Assembly (NCBI GenBank): GCA_964247055.1
Contig: OZ176055.1
Span: 6,200,001 to 6,264,000, forward strand
Length of the DNA: 64,000 nt
Reading direction: 5' to 3'
Source: Paragordius varius
Lineage: Eukaryota; Animalia; Nematomorpha
The notes beneath the pieces are model-generated. The model was not told the origin of the DNA. It ran no database searches and was given only the letters and a program-made list of their open reading frames with translations. Of the stretch, positions 60,300 through 64,000 are shown one piece after another. Made by a program: the position numbers and the translations under genes. Within the stretch, counting starts at the first letter, position 1; every line of letters begins with the position of its first letter.

Positions 60300-61620
60300 T
60301 TTTCAGTTTTGCCATGTTTTATTCACAAATAAAAAGACAAAATAAAACTTTTCAAACTCCCAAGTGAACTGTAATGATGAATAAATAAATAATATCTTGT
60401 TTTTAATGTCTCAAATATTTTCTGCGGATATTTGGCACAAAGTGTGGCGTGTTAATCTAGTATTTATCTGTATTGTTGACCACAAAATTCTTTAATAAAG
60501 TTTTTGGATTCTTCCTTGACAAAGTTATTCTGTTTGACATAAGAGGATTTATTTTTGTAGTAATGCAATATATATAAGGTCTAAAAATCCTTGATTTACA
60601 ATTTAAAACATGTCATAAAATGTGAAATGAAATGAACTGTATAGTAAACAATTGTTTGTCATTTACAAAGATATATGTAAAGCATAATTCTATGTTATAT
60701 TTGTTTTCAATGAATTGGGAAAACATTTTAAATAACTGTAATCCAAAGATGATCCGTTTCAACCCTTGTTGCACTCCTTGATTATTGTATTTTTTTTCAT
60801 AAATTATAATATGTGTTTAAGTCTTTGACCAGCATGTGTCAAGGTCAAACTTGTACTTTATAAAAAGAAAATTGTAGTATTAAGTAAAATGTTGTTTGTT
60901 TTAAATGAAACGAATAAATAGACAAAATAATGGAACACAAGGTTTAAAACTATAAAAATGATTATTAAAACTTTGTTATTATTTATGGTTATGAACCAAA
61001 CACTTTATGGAATTGGAAAATGCTCATAAGCTTTCTTTGCTAACCAAAAAAGGCTTCCAAAAAACAGATTTATACCGTTTTGGAACCAAAATTGCGATTC
61101 CAAAAGGTTTCAAAAATCTAAATTGTTGAATATTTTATAGTGTTTCATTAATGTCGTTTTTGGCTTTAAAAATATGTATGTTTTCTCATATATTTTTGGA
61201 GTTAAAATTGGCCTTTTGCCAAAATTTAATCCCCATTTTTCCCGCAAAATTTTAAGATAAAATTCACAATTAAATAATTTAATTCAAATATTTATATAGT
61301 TAGATGGCTAATATTATATCTTATGCATTCTAGCTCGCATCTCCAATTCCAGTCGCTTTAGCCAGTATTATATATTATAAGTTCTCGATAACGCGGGTCG
61401 CATTAAGCTTAATAAAATGGTGAAATTAATTAAATTTCGGCCGTGTAATTTTAATGAGCCTTGTCAAAGGCTTGAGCAAACGTCTATTTTTCTTTGAGAA
61501 TATTACATGAAAGGAAAATTTTTTCAAATAGGCAAATAGGGTCAATTACGGATATTTTTTATTTGTAAAGATTTTCAGTACCAATAAATCGAATTTCTTA
61601 TATTATACTGCAATTTTTAC
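60300..61620 (-). mobile_element. CR1/Jockey-like LINE RT relic, interrupted
   Basis: Minus-strand remnants FAQAFDKAH (D..KAFD), GQRLKHI, GVQQG (GVPQG), IFVNDKQLF (FADD) in RT order; many stops; unrelated sequence at ~60900-61300. Confidence 0.55.
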
Positions 61621-62710
61621 AAAGCTGTAAAATTTGAATATAAAATTGAGCACAAAATTAAAGGTAATTAAAAATACATTTGCTAAATTTGTATTTTTCA
61701 TATCAAGTATTTTTTATAATTATCAAAATCTTTTAAACAGTAAATCTTTAAATTTATTTAATTGGTCAATGTTAAGGTGCAATTTTACCTTTATGCAAAT
61801 ATATCACTGGATAATAAATTTTGGGGTTTTTTATAATAGTATAATATATGGTAAAAGAAACGGATTATACAATATCTAAGCTGTTCGCGTATGGCTAAAA
61901 AGAGAAGTTTCATATATTTTAAAAAGCTCAATAAAATTTTCCCATCCAATAATTAAATTTTAGAAATCAATTTCTGCTTATACTGTTGTGCCGAAATTTT
62001 AATTTTTTTGTTTTGGCTCTTACCATATCTTTTGTGATATTGCAGTTGGATAATTGCATATCAAATTTGGATGGGTTAACTATTTATTTTGGGTATTACA
62101 TTTTAGAAATTATGAGTCAAAATTTCATAAAAAATAAAAATACACGATTTTTTATTAATGATGAAGAAATAATAAACAGCTTTATTTTTTAAAAAAATGT
62201 TTATCACTCTTAACTTTTAAAATTTAATTTTAAACAGTCAATACCCAAAATAATATTCTAAGACCATAAATTGGTATAAAACTGGCCAGTTATAATGAAT
62301 TTAATCTTGAGATATTGCAGAACATTTGACATTAAAAATAGGAAAATTAAATTTAAACATAATTAGTGCAAATTAATGCATAATTCATATTTTCTTTAGT
62401 TTGGTTTAGAGAATAACTTGGTGTCAATGAACCTTCATTCAATACATTGGTCAAATATATATTTTTTATTTTCTATCTGTAAAAATGCAAATATCCACTT
62501 AAACAGGGACTTACCGTTTTTGTCTTGTAAAGTTACTAAACTACATATACCACTATTTTGTATTATAATATGATCCAAAGTAGCACGCAGCAAATTATCA
62601 TTTCATTCTCTCTACATTTTATAGTTTTAAACCCAAATTATTCCTAACCGAATATTGCATCGAGTTTTAATGCATATTATTCAATTTTGCGTGTCGATTG
62701 AATCCTTCTA

Positions 62711-63690
62711 CCGAGTGTATAAATCTTTGCCGATTTTTGGGTAAAAACAAACGCCTATATATGAAATAAAAATAACTCTTTATTCAAAATATAGTATATC
62801 GGTTTACCCATTTCTCCAATCTCTCAGATAATATACATATCCCATGACAGAAAATTGATTGCCTTTTGGGGCAAATCATTCATCAAGTCATATCCCAGCA
62901 TCATCAAAATTATTGAAGGAATGCTCTACGAACGTGTCTCTCATTGATGAAAGTCAATAATCAGAGACTGCCAGGTCCGGAGAGTACGGTTGATGCCAAA
63001 GAATTCCTAGCGAAGTGATTTTAAGGCGTCTTTTACTGGTTTTGCTATGGACGGAGCATTGGCATGTAGCATAATCACACATGACATTGTCATGTTTTCT
63101 GAACCATTCTGGTCTGTTTCGATTAATGCATAATTACGATTTCCCTAACCGCTCTGATCCTACCAGACATAGAGCATGGTTTTGTTTGGAGGCGATTTAT
63201 TCTTGGTGTTAATGAAAATATTAGCATGGATTTACAAAATAAAGCCATTTCTCATCACCCGTCACGATTCGATGCAAAAAATCTTTTCTTGACGTTAAAA
63301 AGGGTTTCCATATGGTGTAGACATCTACCGTTTTATTGGTCTTGCCCATTGCACGCAGACTATTAATTTTTTTGTGTTACATATAATGTTTCTACGGATT
63401 GTCGTTAAGTTTAAGTGGGACATTATATAATTTCACATCATCGTTTTTAGTTGTGAAGTCTACAGGAGTACCCACTCTCTTTCGCTTTAAAATCACACTT
63501 TTTATTTTTTCCAGACCGTGTCTGACGTGTTATGGAGCATGTTCATCATATGTTTCTACCAGTATTCAACAGCCTTTTTCGTCTGATGGAGTAAGAAAAG
63601 CAATACCAGCATACATTTTGATATGATTATTAAATAATATAAAGATGCTACCATTTGGCGGATCAACTTATGTGTATTTTTAGTTTAACA
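62711..63690 (-). mobile_element. Mariner (DD34D) transposase pseudogene
   Basis: Minus-strand RKDFLHRIVTGDEKWLYF, KTMLYVW.DQSG, HANAP..AKPV, QPYSPDLAVSDY, ending YFE-like stop at ~62781; stops and frameshifts; TIR pair not confidently matched. Confidence 0.9.
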
Positions 63691-64000
63691 TTAGATGGAC
63701 AAAAATGGGGTCTGAAATTAATCGTCTGCTACAAATTAATAGTCTGCGTACTTTTCGTTGACCCCTTCTTTTAATTTAACTGAAAATGACTTATTACTGC
63801 TTCAAAAAATTTTGATTAATCAAACGATATTATAAATAAACTTCTAAAAGCATTTTACTTTATTAGATCATAATATGATTTTGCAATCTTTGTCTAATTG
63901 TTTTATTAGAGCATGGACTTCTCACATTTTTAAGGAAAATACCTAGAGTATACTCAATTATCTCAATTAACCATTACAATCAATAAAATTCGAATTCTCA

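Overview
Very AT-rich eukaryotic (invertebrate animal) genomic DNA, not prokaryotic. Manual splicing on both strands gives six multi-exon genes, each with frame-consistent GT-AG introns and a total CDS length divisible by 3: ERLEC1/XTP3-B (+, 12910-19917), a spaetzle/neurotrophin-like cystine-knot ligand (+, 20244-22837), a TTLL15-type ATP-grasp ligase with an N-terminal membrane anchor (-, 23072-27653), a secreted cereblon-like CULT-domain protein (-, 33103-34093), USP14 (+, 34179-43688; head-to-head with the CULT gene, 85 bp between ATGs) and a cuticlin-like ZP-domain membrane protein (+, 47301-54175). The rest is a dense transposon landscape: a TSD-bounded hAT/Buster relic with its MITE family, a decayed BEL/Pao retrotransposon in a USP14 intron, a mariner relic, RTE- and CR1-like LINE fragments, piggyBac-like MITEs and several foldback/palindromic elements. 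The strongest candidate for novel biology is an unusual splicing system: ultra-short introns of 22-40 nt (all seven coding ones found are non-multiples of 3) sit beside kb-scale introns, and only 12 of 50 modelled donors have G at +5. The next most interesting are a probably lumenal TTLL-like ligase, a CULT domain with a remodelled ligand pocket, an incomplete cystine knot and furin sites inside the ZP-N/ZP-C linker. Gene models and family assignments come from by-eye motif recognition; no database search was run and the species cannot be determined from this window.
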